Positions 28,690 through 39,618 of a stretch of DNA of 64,000 nt are shown piece by piece. A program made the position numbers and the translations under genes. The stretch lies in the sequence record OQ718158.1; one strand, 5' to 3'. The notes under the pieces were generated by a model. That model was not told the origin of the DNA, did no database searches, and saw nothing but the letters and a program-made list of their open reading frames with translations. The first letter of the stretch is position 1, and each line of letters begins with the position of its first letter.

Positions 28690-29868
28690 TTAAAATTGTG
28701 GTAGTTGGTATTCAGTTAATGTCCATGTACCTGTAACTGTTCCATTCGGGGACATCCCTGTGTAGTATAATTTGCCACCAGCGTATACAAATAATGCATT
28801 GTCATTAGCAGCAACCATCGAAGTTTCTGGATCAAATACTACAGAAATTGGTAATTGTGATTGAACAAATACTGACGCATTGGTAGTTGAATTGTTACCA
28901 AGTTGTCCATAGTTGTTATACCCAGTACTGAAAATACGGCTACCATTTCTATATAATATACCCCTAGTACTTTGTGAATGTAGATCTATAAATTCAAAAT
29001 CGGAAACATTAGTTAATTGCAAATAAGTACTTTGTGGAGTTAGTGCTGTCTTATTCGTATTGGTTGTAACTCCATTACCTAATTGACCGTAAAATTGTGA
29101 TCCTAAACCATATAGCGGATAAGTACCATCTGAATAAAGAACTATACCCAACATCTTATTATGTGAAAGAATATCTATTGGATATTTCCCTGTACCAAAG
29201 TCGTATCTAGTCCAAGACGTTAATGTAGCCGACGCTGCCCCAGTTAACAAAGTACCAGTGGTAGTTGTGCCACATCGCCACGCTGAATTATCATTCTTAA
29301 TTATCCAAGTTGGACTATTAAAAAATGAACTAACCTTTTTAACATTAATATTGACCTGGGTTAATTCTGTAAGCATTGATGAACTTGAACCCAACTCATA
29401 TGTGGAGTTATTACCTATTGCATAAAGAACCCCACTATTTGTTAGTACAAACAAATTACGAACATTAGGATATATCTCTTTAATATCATCAATATTAATA
29501 CCCGAAAAATAAGAAGTACATTCCACAAAGGTAGTACTTTGTACTTCACTCGATGCACCTGTCCAGGTGTTCCATCCTGCATAATAAAATTTATTATCAT
29601 TAGTCTGTACTAAGCTATATGAAGAGTTCCTAGTGCACCAGAAATTTTTCACATTTTGCATTAATCGAACCCATGATGTCTGTGTTGTAGTATTACCCAG
29701 TCCGAAAATACCAGCATTGTTTCCACCGATACCCCACAAATCACCGTTACTATACTGTAGCATCAATGTATTGTTGGTGAACGCTGATGGTGCTTGCATT
29801 TTAATTACATTAGCTGATGGTGCAGGTTTAATATTCCCGTACTTAACCATTCTTGCAAAAGGTAACAT
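28690..29868 (-). CDS. RCC1-like beta-propeller, MLPF leader
   Basis: MLPFARMVKYGN; TGYNNYGQLG. Confidence 0.9.
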   Translation of the reverse strand: MLPFARMVKYGNIKPAPSANVIKMQAPSAFTNNTLMLQYSNGDLWGIGGNNAGIFGLGNTTTQTSWVRLMQNVKNFWCTRNSSYSLVQTNDNKFYYAGWNTWTGASSEVQSTTFVECTSYFSGINIDDIKEIYPNVRNLFVLTNSGVLYAIGNNSTYELGSSSSMLTELTQVNINVKKVSSFFNSPTWIIKNDNSAWRCGTTTTGTLLTGAASATLTSWTRYDFGTGKYPIDILSHNKMLGIVLYSDGTYPLYGLGSQFYGQLGNGVTTNTNKTALTPQSTYLQLTNVSDFEFIDLHSQSTRGILYRNGSRIFSTGYNNYGQLGNNSTTNASVFVQSQLPISVVFDPETSMVAANDNALFVYAGGKLYYTGMSPNGTVTGTWTLTEYQLPQF

Positions 29869-29943
29869 ATATTTTTCCTCCTTTATTCATTATACTATAT
29901 TTAATCAAAACGAAATGCCAGCACTCAAGTACTGGCATTATTG

Positions 29944-31134
29944 TTATAGTTGTCTTGGAGTATCAAGTACATATCTATTTGTACTAGGACCACCATCATC
30001 ATAAGTTCCGGTTGAATATATATTTTTCATATCAGCAGTTAGGAAAGTACGTAACGACCCTCGATATATTTTTATTTTATCATACATAGAATATGTTATT
30101 TCTGACGGCAATGGACATGCAGTAAATTTACCAATGGTAACATTAGAACCAACACCCAATGAACCAGCATAACTACTCGCATTTAAACCTGTTGCATATA
30201 CACCAGAACTCGTAACTAGTATACTAGATTGTGCTGGGTATCCAGTATGAATTGAATACAAAGTACCGGGTGGTAAGGTTGTACTATTATTTCCTAATAC
30301 TGCTCGTGCTGTACTAGACGTAGTGTTATTACCCCATGCCCCATTATTGGCGTTCCCACCCACTAGGAACTGACGTGCTCCTGTACTTGGATTCTCCACT
30401 AAAGCACTGACTGCACCAATTGTACATACAACATATTGTAATGTTTTTGTATATGTTGTACTTGGCTGATATAAAGTATATTGATTGTATGGAGTCCATG
30501 TATCAGTAGTACTTATACCTGATGTACTACCACCAATATATAAATTATTTTGTGTATCATAAAACATTACACAGCTATTTGTTGACTGTATTCGTGCAAT
30601 ATCAACATTAGGCGTGACAGCTTTTACAAATGATCCATCTGTTATTTGCTGAGTACTACCAGTACCATCAGCGAATTGTCTAGCCCCACTCCAACCAGTA
30701 CTCCATATTGTATTATTATCCATTAAGAAAGTAAACCAAGTAGTACCTGCATACATCTGTTTAATTGAAGTACCTGAACTTTGTGTGTACAAATTTTCAA
30801 TATATTGGTTATAACTTAAAAATGATGTAGTACTAGTTTCTAAACCAATATGACTACCATATCCACAATAAAAATAATTTAAGTCCTTATCTTGAACTAA
30901 CAAAGTTCCTTGTGTCATCCAGCAATCTTTGACATTTTCTCTAATTAATGTCCACGACCTTACTGCATTATTATTTCCGCGACCGAACTTCCCATAACTA
31001 TTATTTCCTCGTGCGTATAGTTGACCGTCAGTATAAAGTACAACCACATCAGTATCAGTTGGTATTATTTTCTTAATTAGAAGAGGTTCAGGTGTGATAT
31101 TCCCATAATCAAACAATCTAACAAAAGGTAACAT
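29944..31134 (-). CDS. RCC1-like beta-propeller, MLPF leader
   Basis: DGQLYARGNNSYGKFG. Confidence 0.9.
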   Translation of the reverse strand: MLPFVRLFDYGNITPEPLLIKKIIPTDTDVVVLYTDGQLYARGNNSYGKFGRGNNNAVRSWTLIRENVKDCWMTQGTLLVQDKDLNYFYCGYGSHIGLETSTTSFLSYNQYIENLYTQSSGTSIKQMYAGTTWFTFLMDNNTIWSTGWSGARQFADGTGSTQQITDGSFVKAVTPNVDIARIQSTNSCVMFYDTQNNLYIGGSTSGISTTDTWTPYNQYTLYQPSTTYTKTLQYVVCTIGAVSALVENPSTGARQFLVGGNANNGAWGNNTTSSTARAVLGNNSTTLPPGTLYSIHTGYPAQSSILVTSSGVYATGLNASSYAGSLGVGSNVTIGKFTACPLPSEITYSMYDKIKIYRGSLRTFLTADMKNIYSTGTYDDGGPSTNRYVLDTPRQL

Positions 31135-31204
31135 ATTTTCCTCCTTTATTCATAATACTATATTTAACCAAAAAGAAAAGCCAGTACTTGATACTGGCGT
31201 AATG

Positions 31205-32347
31205 TCAATAAGCTTCCCACGGTAAGGGTGTCTTCCTAAATCCATACCTGGTTGTGGTCGCACCATCACCAGCAATGTATCGACCGATACCACATTGGTA
31301 TAACTCTGTACTACTACATATAGCACCACCAATAGTACCACTACTCCACAGAATTATATTAGAATATGTTATTGGTAAATCACTACATTTAGTATATACA
31401 CCAACGGTAGCAGTCCCACTAATACCACCAAACATACTTCGGTTAGCACCAGTATAATATATACCATCTGGACTCATAAATGCAGAGGTGTAAGTTGTAC
31501 TACAATCCACTGGACTTCTTATAGTATTAAGATCGCCTGGGTATGTCCTGACACCAAAGGTGTATACATTACCATCAGTTGTAATACCATTACCTAACTG
31601 CCCACTGTTTTGTCCACCACATGTAAGCAACAATGCAGAACCAGAAACAATTGCAGTAGCATTATACGAAGTACCCATCGCAATAGAAGCACCAGACAAT
31701 AGTTTTGGAGTAACAATAGCTGTTGTATTACCCTGGCCTAATTCACCATTGATATTTCGTCCCCATGCGTATATAGAAGTTGTATCCAATCGACATAGTA
31801 CTGAACCATAACTAAACGTATATCGCATGTCAATTACCGCATTAGGCAAATTAACCTTAGTTGCAACACTAATAACACCACCAGTAACACCACTGTTTGC
31901 GTTCATGTTACGACCATATGCATATAAAGAACCATCTGAAGTTTTAATATGCATCATACCATCTGTACAATACAATGCATCTATACTATCCACTGCAACC
32001 GGACCCATACTGGTAGTTATATCGGTCCACCCAAGCGTGGTAGTACTGGAAATTAAGTTATTTCCGGCGTATAGTATTCTATTATTATTAGTAACTACAA
32101 CTGTATATCTGGCAGTAACACCAATTAATCGAACATCAGTATATATCTTAGACCACGCACCTAATGAATTGGTGTTTGCATCCAAAAAGCCCAACTGCCC
32201 ATCTGTATTGTATCCAATACCCCATACATCACCTGCACTGTCCAATAACACTTCATGTGAAAATCCAATCTTAAAATCTTTTATTGTAGGAACTACCGGA
32301 ACTGGTGCAATATTCCCGTACTTAACCATTCTAGCAAAAGGTAACAT
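31205..32347 (-). CDS. RCC1-like beta-propeller, MLPF leader
   Basis: MLPFARMVKYGN; YAWGRNINGELGQG. Confidence 0.9.
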   Translation of the reverse strand: MLPFARMVKYGNIAPVPVVPTIKDFKIGFSHEVLLDSAGDVWGIGYNTDGQLGFLDANTNSLGAWSKIYTDVRLIGVTARYTVVVTNNNRILYAGNNLISSTTTLGWTDITTSMGPVAVDSIDALYCTDGMMHIKTSDGSLYAYGRNMNANSGVTGGVISVATKVNLPNAVIDMRYTFSYGSVLCRLDTTSIYAWGRNINGELGQGNTTAIVTPKLLSGASIAMGTSYNATAIVSGSALLLTCGGQNSGQLGNGITTDGNVYTFGVRTYPGDLNTIRSPVDCSTTYTSAFMSPDGIYYTGANRSMFGGISGTATVGVYTKCSDLPITYSNIILWSSGTIGGAICSSTELYQCGIGRYIAGDGATTTRYGFRKTPLPWEAY

Positions 32348-32423
32348 AATTCCCTCCTTTATTCATTATACTATATTTAATACAAAAAAGAAAAGCCAGC
32401 ACTCAAGTACTGGCATTTTAATT

Positions 32424-33572
32424 TTAACGAGGTATAACTATTTTTTTGAATAATCCAGTATTTCCTGCATTTTCTTCTTCATATGGAATTGTACCCATAC
32501 CAGCAGTTCTGCCACCATTCCCTGAACCATACAGTTCTCCATTCTTAATCATGAATGTTATCATATAACCATGTGTCATTTTATCATATGGAACTGGTTC
32601 AGTTATATTATTACATGCTCGCCATGTACTAATAACACTAGAGTTCGTTATACCATCACCTGATGCGTTTCCTCGACCAGCGAAATACCATATCCCACCT
32701 GCTCTAACGTGTGCTTCATAATTAGAACCACCTATGTAATCAATCGCAGTACTAGGAATACTAGAAGCTGGTATCTTTGTGATTGTTCTAAGACTGTTAA
32801 TAGTGCCATTAGTACCATCACCCAACTGTCCATATATTTGTGAACCGAATACATATAGCCCATCACTCTTTAATACGTAATTAGCACTATATGCATTTTC
32901 TGAATTTACCTGTAATACTCCAGTAGTAACAGTAGTCAATGTGGTGGTAGTTGTACCAGTCGAACCAATACTAGATTTATTCCCACTGTACTTTAATATT
33001 CCATTATTGTATAATACAAATGAAGCATTATCAGCGGTTACACCAATATCTTTAACATCAACTTCTGGTGTCAATGTCAGTACTGATACTCTTTGGTCAA
33101 CAGCCCCAGTAAAAACTTCACCGTTGTTATTGTAACCCATCTTATATAATTTATTATCTATTGTTAATAATAATGTAACGCCGTTTCCTATAACTATTTT
33201 ACTATATGTGTCATTCACATCATCAAAAATACCAAGTATTTCTGTCCATACACGATAAGTAGTATTAACACCACGATAGATTTGAGCACCAGTACTCCAC
33301 CATGTGCCATCATTTTTACGTACTAATATTCCATGTGTATTACCAGTAGTCCAAAATTCCTTTACATCAGTTAAACATAAAACCCACTCTTCAACTATAG
33401 TAGGAGAACTACTACCAGTACCTAATTGATAGTAAAAATTATGCCCTCTGCCATATAATCTTCCGTCTTCTAATAAAATAAACACATTATTCTGTAAAAC
33501 TTTTACCATCTTTATACCAACTGGCACAGGTGCTTCATTCCCATAATCAAACATTCTAACAAAAGGTAACAT
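32424..33572 (-). CDS. RCC1-like beta-propeller, MLPF leader
   Basis: DGRLYGRGHNFYYQLGTG. Confidence 0.9.
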   Translation of the reverse strand: MLPFVRMFDYGNEAPVPVGIKMVKVLQNNVFILLEDGRLYGRGHNFYYQLGTGSSSPTIVEEWVLCLTDVKEFWTTGNTHGILVRKNDGTWWSTGAQIYRGVNTTYRVWTEILGIFDDVNDTYSKIVIGNGVTLLLTIDNKLYKMGYNNNGEVFTGAVDQRVSVLTLTPEVDVKDIGVTADNASFVLYNNGILKYSGNKSSIGSTGTTTTTLTTVTTGVLQVNSENAYSANYVLKSDGLYVFGSQIYGQLGDGTNGTINSLRTITKIPASSIPSTAIDYIGGSNYEAHVRAGGIWYFAGRGNASGDGITNSSVISTWRACNNITEPVPYDKMTHGYMITFMIKNGELYGSGNGGRTAGMGTIPYEEENAGNTGLFKKIVIPR

Positions 33573-33643
33573 ATTTCCCTCCTTTATTCATTATACTATA
33601 TTTAATTCAAAAAGAAAAGCCAGTATCAAGTACTGGCATTATG

Positions 33644-34753
33644 TTATTTTGGTAAATCAATTTTAGTAAAGACTGCAACATCCTCGCTTGCCCCTGGGAT
33701 GGCGTAATAAGAACCAGTACTATATACATCTCCGTCTTTTGTTAATATTGAAGTTAAACCATCACTAAAAAGAACATCACTAATCTCACTAACTGAAACA
33801 GGTAATTGTAAATTAGTAGCACTATATATTGCACCAGTTTGAGAATTGTTTAATCCCAAACCACGGTTCGCCCCAACACCCTTCTGATATGTACTAGTAA
33901 TTATAATTTGTGTAGCAGTATTTAATGCAGGTGAATTCGTCATAAACAACGGAGAACTATTAGGCAAAGAACTTACAGGAACTGCACGAAATGTAGTTGT
34001 ATCTGAACTAAGAAAGTTTGGCGTTTGACCACATACGAAATATGATGTACCATTATAGTAATTAAATGCATTACCACCTATAGCTGCATCTATTACTCCA
34101 GTACTACGTAATCCCCACGTGTTAATTTGTGTTCGGTTCCCCGTGCCATGCTGACCCCTGTCATTCCACCCAGAACTATATAACTTATTATCTAATGTAA
34201 TATACATACTGTCATTTGAATTCGTCATTACTTTACGCACATTAGTAGCACATTGAGTTAATGTGTAAATTGATGATGAACCAATACCTAAAGCACCACG
34301 ATATCCATTAGCCCCTGCACCATAGAGTACTGAACTAGTGCTAAGTACAAATATTAAACCATACGAACATACTATATCAGCAATTTCATTTACCGATAGT
34401 ACACTCGTAAACCACGCAGTCCTATCAACTAATACAGTACTGTAAGAAGTCCCAGTAGAAGACGAAAACCAATAAGTCTCACCAGCAGTCCATATAGTAT
34501 TGTCACTCTTAATAACAACAACTGTACGATCACCAGCAAAAAAATTAGTAACTTCTGTACTCACTAATCTCCATGAAGATACAGTGTTGGTATTACCATT
34601 TCCAGATTCACCACCTTGATTTCTACCTATGTAATATAAATCATGTGAATCAGTCAATAAGAATTGACCCTGTGTAGACGCACCAACTTTTATTATATTT
34701 TTAGGACCAGGTGTGATATTCCCATAATCAAACATTCTTACAAAAGGTAACAT
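33644..34753 (-). CDS. RCC1-like beta-propeller, MLPF leader
   Basis: LYSSGWNDRGQHGTG. Confidence 0.9.
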   Translation of the reverse strand: MLPFVRMFDYGNITPGPKNIIKVGASTQGQFLLTDSHDLYYIGRNQGGESGNGNTNTVSSWRLVSTEVTNFFAGDRTVVVIKSDNTIWTAGETYWFSSSTGTSYSTVLVDRTAWFTSVLSVNEIADIVCSYGLIFVLSTSSVLYGAGANGYRGALGIGSSSIYTLTQCATNVRKVMTNSNDSMYITLDNKLYSSGWNDRGQHGTGNRTQINTWGLRSTGVIDAAIGGNAFNYYNGTSYFVCGQTPNFLSSDTTTFRAVPVSSLPNSSPLFMTNSPALNTATQIIITSTYQKGVGANRGLGLNNSQTGAIYSATNLQLPVSVSEISDVLFSDGLTSILTKDGDVYSTGSYYAIPGASEDVAVFTKIDLPK

Positions 34754-34763
34754 ATTTCTCTCC

Positions 34764-35894
34764 TTAATTTAATAATGCCCCTGGCAAATCCACTTTGACG
34801 AATTGTGCATATGCTGAGGAATTTTGATCAAAGTTTGGTCCCAATCCATAAAATGAGCTAATGCCGTCTTCATTTGTGTATATGATATAAACGTTCTTTA
34901 CATCATTTCCGCATATAAATCGAATGTCTTTCGTTTGTGTTCCCGCTGGAACATTACGAAGGTTCACAACGCCATTACTTGCATTGTTATCAGCCGACGC
35001 AATTGGTAATTGATTTTGACCATATTGACCACGCATATTTTTTGCATCTAAACCAAACACAGTATCTGATACCGCACCAACTTTCAAAAATGAACCAAAA
35101 CTATTATTGAATGACTTTGGAAATGTACCACTATAAACACTTCTCCCATCTGATAATACCGCTGAACTGAATTTCCCGCTATTCGATATGGCAAATTCAT
35201 TGTAAGGAAGTGTACCCATTTTGGTATATACAGAATATGAATTAGTGGAAGTATTATCAATAATCTTATTACCATTATATCCAATACCATACTGGTATCC
35301 GTCTGCATCTTGAACTATACACAAAGGACCACTTGGGGTTTGTGTCAACGAAACAACACGTTCAACTTGTATATCACCAAATGTATTTCTTCGCCATGTT
35401 CTATCTATTATAGTACTAGTATTACCCAAAGATAATGCCACACTATATAATAGATTGTTTTCAGTAAAAATGGCAACATAATATGCGTGGTTAATAACTT
35501 GCTTCATCCCAGCATCAATAACTTCCTGTGGAATATGATCAGTAACATCCAACCAATCAAGGTTAGATGATGCAATATCTGGAGTACTGAATTTGTCAAA
35601 TCTAGTTGAGCCACAAACTAGCACTCTATCATCATTTGTCAAAGCCACTGTGCTAGTCTGCATATTAGAACTGAATGATTTAACATTACTAATGTTAGAC
35701 TTGTACCAACCCTTATCAGCAGCACCCACCGTGAATCCGGTTCCCATTGATCCACTTGTACTTGTACCATAAGCCCACATCTCACCACTATATGTTAGTG
35801 CCATACAGTGGCTTCCATTTGCTTGGAAATCCTTTATACCAGTGGGAGCAACCACTGTATTCCCATAATCAAACATTCTAACAAAAGGTAACAT
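34764..35894 (-). CDS. RCC1-like beta-propeller (divergent), MLPF leader
   Basis: GEMWAYGTSTSGSMGTG. Confidence 0.85.
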   Translation of the reverse strand: MLPFVRMFDYGNTVVAPTGIKDFQANGSHCMALTYSGEMWAYGTSTSGSMGTGFTVGAADKGWYKSNISNVKSFSSNMQTSTVALTNDDRVLVCGSTRFDKFSTPDIASSNLDWLDVTDHIPQEVIDAGMKQVINHAYYVAIFTENNLLYSVALSLGNTSTIIDRTWRRNTFGDIQVERVVSLTQTPSGPLCIVQDADGYQYGIGYNGNKIIDNTSTNSYSVYTKMGTLPYNEFAISNSGKFSSAVLSDGRSVYSGTFPKSFNNSFGSFLKVGAVSDTVFGLDAKNMRGQYGQNQLPIASADNNASNGVVNLRNVPAGTQTKDIRFICGNDVKNVYIIYTNEDGISSFYGLGPNFDQNSSAYAQFVKVDLPGALLN

Positions 35895-35971
35895 AACTAA
35901 TTCTCCAAATTCAAATAATTATAATGTATTTACAAAAAAAATACCAGCACATATTTCAGTACTGGTATCAT

Positions 35972-37153
35972 TTATGGTAAAATGATAGATTGTAACGAAC
36001 TCATACCCAATGCTGGAACACTAGCCTGTGGTGCTGGAGAATTCAATTTTGGTGATGAAACCGCATATGACATTCCTGAACCCAAATCTGGATCAAAAAC
36101 TACAGCACAATAATTCCCACTATATATAAGTCCATTCTTGTATCCTTGTGCACTTTGAATGCATTTCGTGAACGTACCAATATCTGTAGTGGCATTTATT
36201 AAGTTCCTCCCACGATAACCGCAGGTGTATATGAAATTATCATCGCCTATGTACATACTAGAATCCCCAGAAGAACTACATAGATACGACATATAAGCAC
36301 GCATGTTTTTAGGAGCAACTGACAATGTACCTGCATAGAATTTATTATTCGAACCCGTAATATCACCATCACCCAATGCACCAAAACTTCCCCAGCCAGT
36401 ACCATAATATCTCTTATCACTCAAGAATATAATACAGTTGTTATTACACATCTTGACTTGATATATCAATGAAGGATCAACCCCAGGGAATGATTCAGTG
36501 TATGTTAGAACAGCCAGATCAGTACTAGCATTACATTGATGATATGTATTAGTACCAGCGGACAAGATTGTTCCATTAGCTAACAGAATTCTCGCAGTAC
36601 CAGTACCAGCAGTACAAGCAACTGCACTTCCTGCACTTCCGGTGTATATTTGTCTGAAAGTAAAGAAACCAACAGTTTTACTTCCCTGCCCACTCCAACC
36701 AGTATTATCAACTCCACACGCCCATACTGAACCATCTTGCATGATCATCATTACACCAAAGCGTTCTATTGAAATATAAACAATCTTCGTTGTATCAACT
36801 GCACTAAATCTAGAAGTTATATCAGTCCATACCTTAACACTTACCGCCGTCGCACTGGAAGTAGGATCTTCACCAGCTATCATTATCCTCCCATTGTTAG
36901 TAAGATACATTGTCTGACTATAACCAGTACTACAAAACTTAACACTATCAGTCTCTGGAACTTTTAACCACTCGTTGTAACGTGTTACGTTAGTGTTATT
37001 ACCTAACTGATAATAGTTATTCATCCCAGATACATATAACACACCATCCTTTATTAAACTATAAGTCGCACTATAGTCACTACAGGTATAACGTGTACCC
37101 ACAGGTCGCTCAACGACGTTCCCATAATCAAACATTCTAACAAAAGGTAACAT
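35972..37153 (-). CDS. RCC1-like beta-propeller, MLPF leader
   Basis: DGVLYVSGMNNYYQLGN. Confidence 0.9.
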   Translation of the reverse strand: MLPFVRMFDYGNVVERPVGTRYTCSDYSATYSLIKDGVLYVSGMNNYYQLGNNTNVTRYNEWLKVPETDSVKFCSTGYSQTMYLTNNGRIMIAGEDPTSSATAVSVKVWTDITSRFSAVDTTKIVYISIERFGVMMIMQDGSVWACGVDNTGWSGQGSKTVGFFTFRQIYTGSAGSAVACTAGTGTARILLANGTILSAGTNTYHQCNASTDLAVLTYTESFPGVDPSLIYQVKMCNNNCIIFLSDKRYYGTGWGSFGALGDGDITGSNNKFYAGTLSVAPKNMRAYMSYLCSSSGDSSMYIGDDNFIYTCGYRGRNLINATTDIGTFTKCIQSAQGYKNGLIYSGNYCAVVFDPDLGSGMSYAVSSPKLNSPAPQASVPALGMSSLQSIILP

Positions 37154-37226
37154 AATAAAATCTCCGTAATTAAATTATATAGTATTTACAAAAAATACCA
37201 GTACATATTTCAGTACTGACCTATTA

Positions 37227-38348
37227 TTAAAAGGGCAACGGTAACTCAGTAAAAGTACTTACGTCCGGTAAACCATACATTGAATTAGCATCACCACAGT
37301 AATACCACTTCGTAGAATCATGTACCACCGATAAACGCTGTGCACATAACACTTCCTGTATGTCATTAAACACCATCGGGACTAACTCATATGTATCCGC
37401 AAATGAAGATACACCACCACTCGCATGAAAAGTATTCGTCCCAGCATAAAATAACTGATTAGTGTTCTTACCCACAGCAAATGTCATCAATATCCCATCA
37501 TTCTCCCATAAAGAAGAAAACTTATCAACACTACCAGAAAGCTCTGTGTAAGTACTCGTAATGGCACTCGCAGCCGCCGCATTACCCATCTGTTTATTCA
37601 AGTTCTGTCCAGCAATAAAATATCTCGTGCGTGCACTAGAATCAGTATATAATAACCCAGTGTTCGTAGTCATCATTCCAATGTCCTTAATCGTCATACC
37701 AGTCTGTGAATAACTTAGATACGAAGTTAAACTACCATTATTACCCAACGAACCGTTATCACTCATGCCACAACGATGTAATATACCACTTGTATCAACG
37801 TAGATAGTACTAACTAAACTCGTATACAACTCTTGTACATTATTCGCAATAAACACAGCAGTCGCCTTATTACTAACCCCACCAAATGATAGGTTATTAT
37901 CAAATCCCTTAGCGTATAATTGATTATTAGTAGTCAATAATCCAATCGTGAAATAAGACATTTTCATATCCCTTACTGTACTCAAATCTACTGCCCCAAA
38001 TTGGTGCGTAACATCTGTCCATGTGAAAATCTGTGCACTACCAACACCACCCGTTTCAAACCATTTGTCACCACAGTACAATATGCGATTACCCTTAGTA
38101 AAGATAACTGTTACCAATCCACTACCACACGCAAACTTTACATCACTTCTAACCTTCGTCCAATCAAGTACATAGGTAGTGGTGTTATTACCTATACCTA
38201 ACTTGCCATAACGGTTATAACCACGCACCCACAAATCACCACTCTTAGTAATTAATAGTAATGCGTCTCCTGTACTTATTATTCGAAATCCCGAACTAGG
38301 ATCAGGTACTTCATTTCCATAATCAAACATTCTAACAAAAGGTAACAT
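37227..38348 (-). CDS. RCC1-like beta-propeller, MLPF leader
   Basis: GDLWVRGYNRYGKLGIG. Confidence 0.9.
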   Translation of the reverse strand: MLPFVRMFDYGNEVPDPSSGFRIISTGDALLLITKSGDLWVRGYNRYGKLGIGNNTTTYVLDWTKVRSDVKFACGSGLVTVIFTKGNRILYCGDKWFETGGVGSAQIFTWTDVTHQFGAVDLSTVRDMKMSYFTIGLLTTNNQLYAKGFDNNLSFGGVSNKATAVFIANNVQELYTSLVSTIYVDTSGILHRCGMSDNGSLGNNGSLTSYLSYSQTGMTIKDIGMMTTNTGLLYTDSSARTRYFIAGQNLNKQMGNAAAASAITSTYTELSGSVDKFSSLWENDGILMTFAVGKNTNQLFYAGTNTFHASGGVSSFADTYELVPMVFNDIQEVLCAQRLSVVHDSTKWYYCGDANSMYGLPDVSTFTELPLPF

Positions 38349-38421
38349 ATATCCCTCCTTTATTCATTATACTATATTTAATCAAAAAAGAAATGCCAGT
38401 ACTCAAGTACTGGCATAGTAT

Positions 38422-39549
38422 TCAAAAAGGTAAATCAATTTGCTTAGTAATAATAGTATCTAACGGTATTGAACACAATGAGAAATTCTTTCCACCCGTA
38501 TTTTCAGGATTATATCCATTCATCCATACATTATTACCTTCGTAAAATGTATTCCAGTATAAAGACCCACTATATCGTGTATTCGAATTGAACGATGTAA
38601 AATTGAATTCTTGAAATGCTGTAAAATATGGAAGGGAACTTGAACTACTTCCCGTAAATGGGGTATGCCCAGTTGCTATTAGTTTGTTTGTATCTGCATT
38701 AATTAAAAATACAACACTAGTCGAATAGTCCAACGAATCAGGATGATATATATTACTCATATCACCTATAGTAAAACCAACATCAAAAACTTTACTATGT
38801 GCACCACTACCAGCAAAAGTAGTTCCAGTTGCATATATTTTATTATCAGATGTTATCATTACAAAACCAACACCAGAAACAAAACTGCATTTTATATCAT
38901 AAGATATATCATCAAACAACGGAACAAATGTGGTTGCATCACCCGATGTTGCTTTAACTTGAAAGCTGTTATTTGAACCTGAACCATATACAGTTCCATC
39001 GTTTTTAATCTTAAACAATGTATCGCCAAGGTAACCGCCAAATATATTATCCACATTAGTGTCAAGTACAGTCCACGCTGAAACATAATTTTTATGTCCT
39101 AAACCTAATGTACCACTTCGATTCCATCCTCTTCCATAAAGTGTTCCGTCTTTCATTAATATAAATGCTGTATAACCACATAACATTTTTTTAATTTGGG
39201 TAACATCTATACCAGTGAAATACACAGCCCAGTCAGTATATCCTTGTTGGAAAGTATTAGAATTCGTGAATGCATATGTTGAACCTGAACCATATATTTT
39301 ATCACCTTTAATAACAACGGAAAACGATCCTAACCATAAGTCATCAACTTCAGTTGTGATTTGTTGAACTGCTCCTAACGATACAAACTGTGTACTTAAA
39401 CCCGCATTATAGTTTGAATCTTCACCGTGTGCATATACAGTGCCATCTTGCATTAGAAACATTTCAAGAGTGTAACTAACAACACTTTTCTTTATATTAT
39501 TAACTTCGATTATATTCCCATAATCAAACATTCTAACAAAAGGTAACAT
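38422..39549 (-). CDS. RCC1-like beta-propeller, MLPF leader
   Basis: DGTLYGRGWNRSGTLGLG. Confidence 0.9.
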   Translation of the reverse strand: MLPFVRMFDYGNIIEVNNIKKSVVSYTLEMFLMQDGTVYAHGEDSNYNAGLSTQFVSLGAVQQITTEVDDLWLGSFSVVIKGDKIYGSGSTYAFTNSNTFQQGYTDWAVYFTGIDVTQIKKMLCGYTAFILMKDGTLYGRGWNRSGTLGLGHKNYVSAWTVLDTNVDNIFGGYLGDTLFKIKNDGTVYGSGSNNSFQVKATSGDATTFVPLFDDISYDIKCSFVSGVGFVMITSDNKIYATGTTFAGSGAHSKVFDVGFTIGDMSNIYHPDSLDYSTSVVFLINADTNKLIATGHTPFTGSSSSSLPYFTAFQEFNFTSFNSNTRYSGSLYWNTFYEGNNVWMNGYNPENTGGKNFSLCSIPLDTIITKQIDLPF

Positions 39550-39618
39550 AATTCCCTCCTTTATTCATTATACTATATTTAATCAAAAAAAGCCAGTATC
39601 AAGTACTGGCATATTAAT

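Noticed and set aside
31827-32453. 208-aa + strand ORF and other antisense ORFs within the propeller array
   Set aside because: They are shadows of the real minus-strand genes; they lack RBSs and read as antisense codon patterns.
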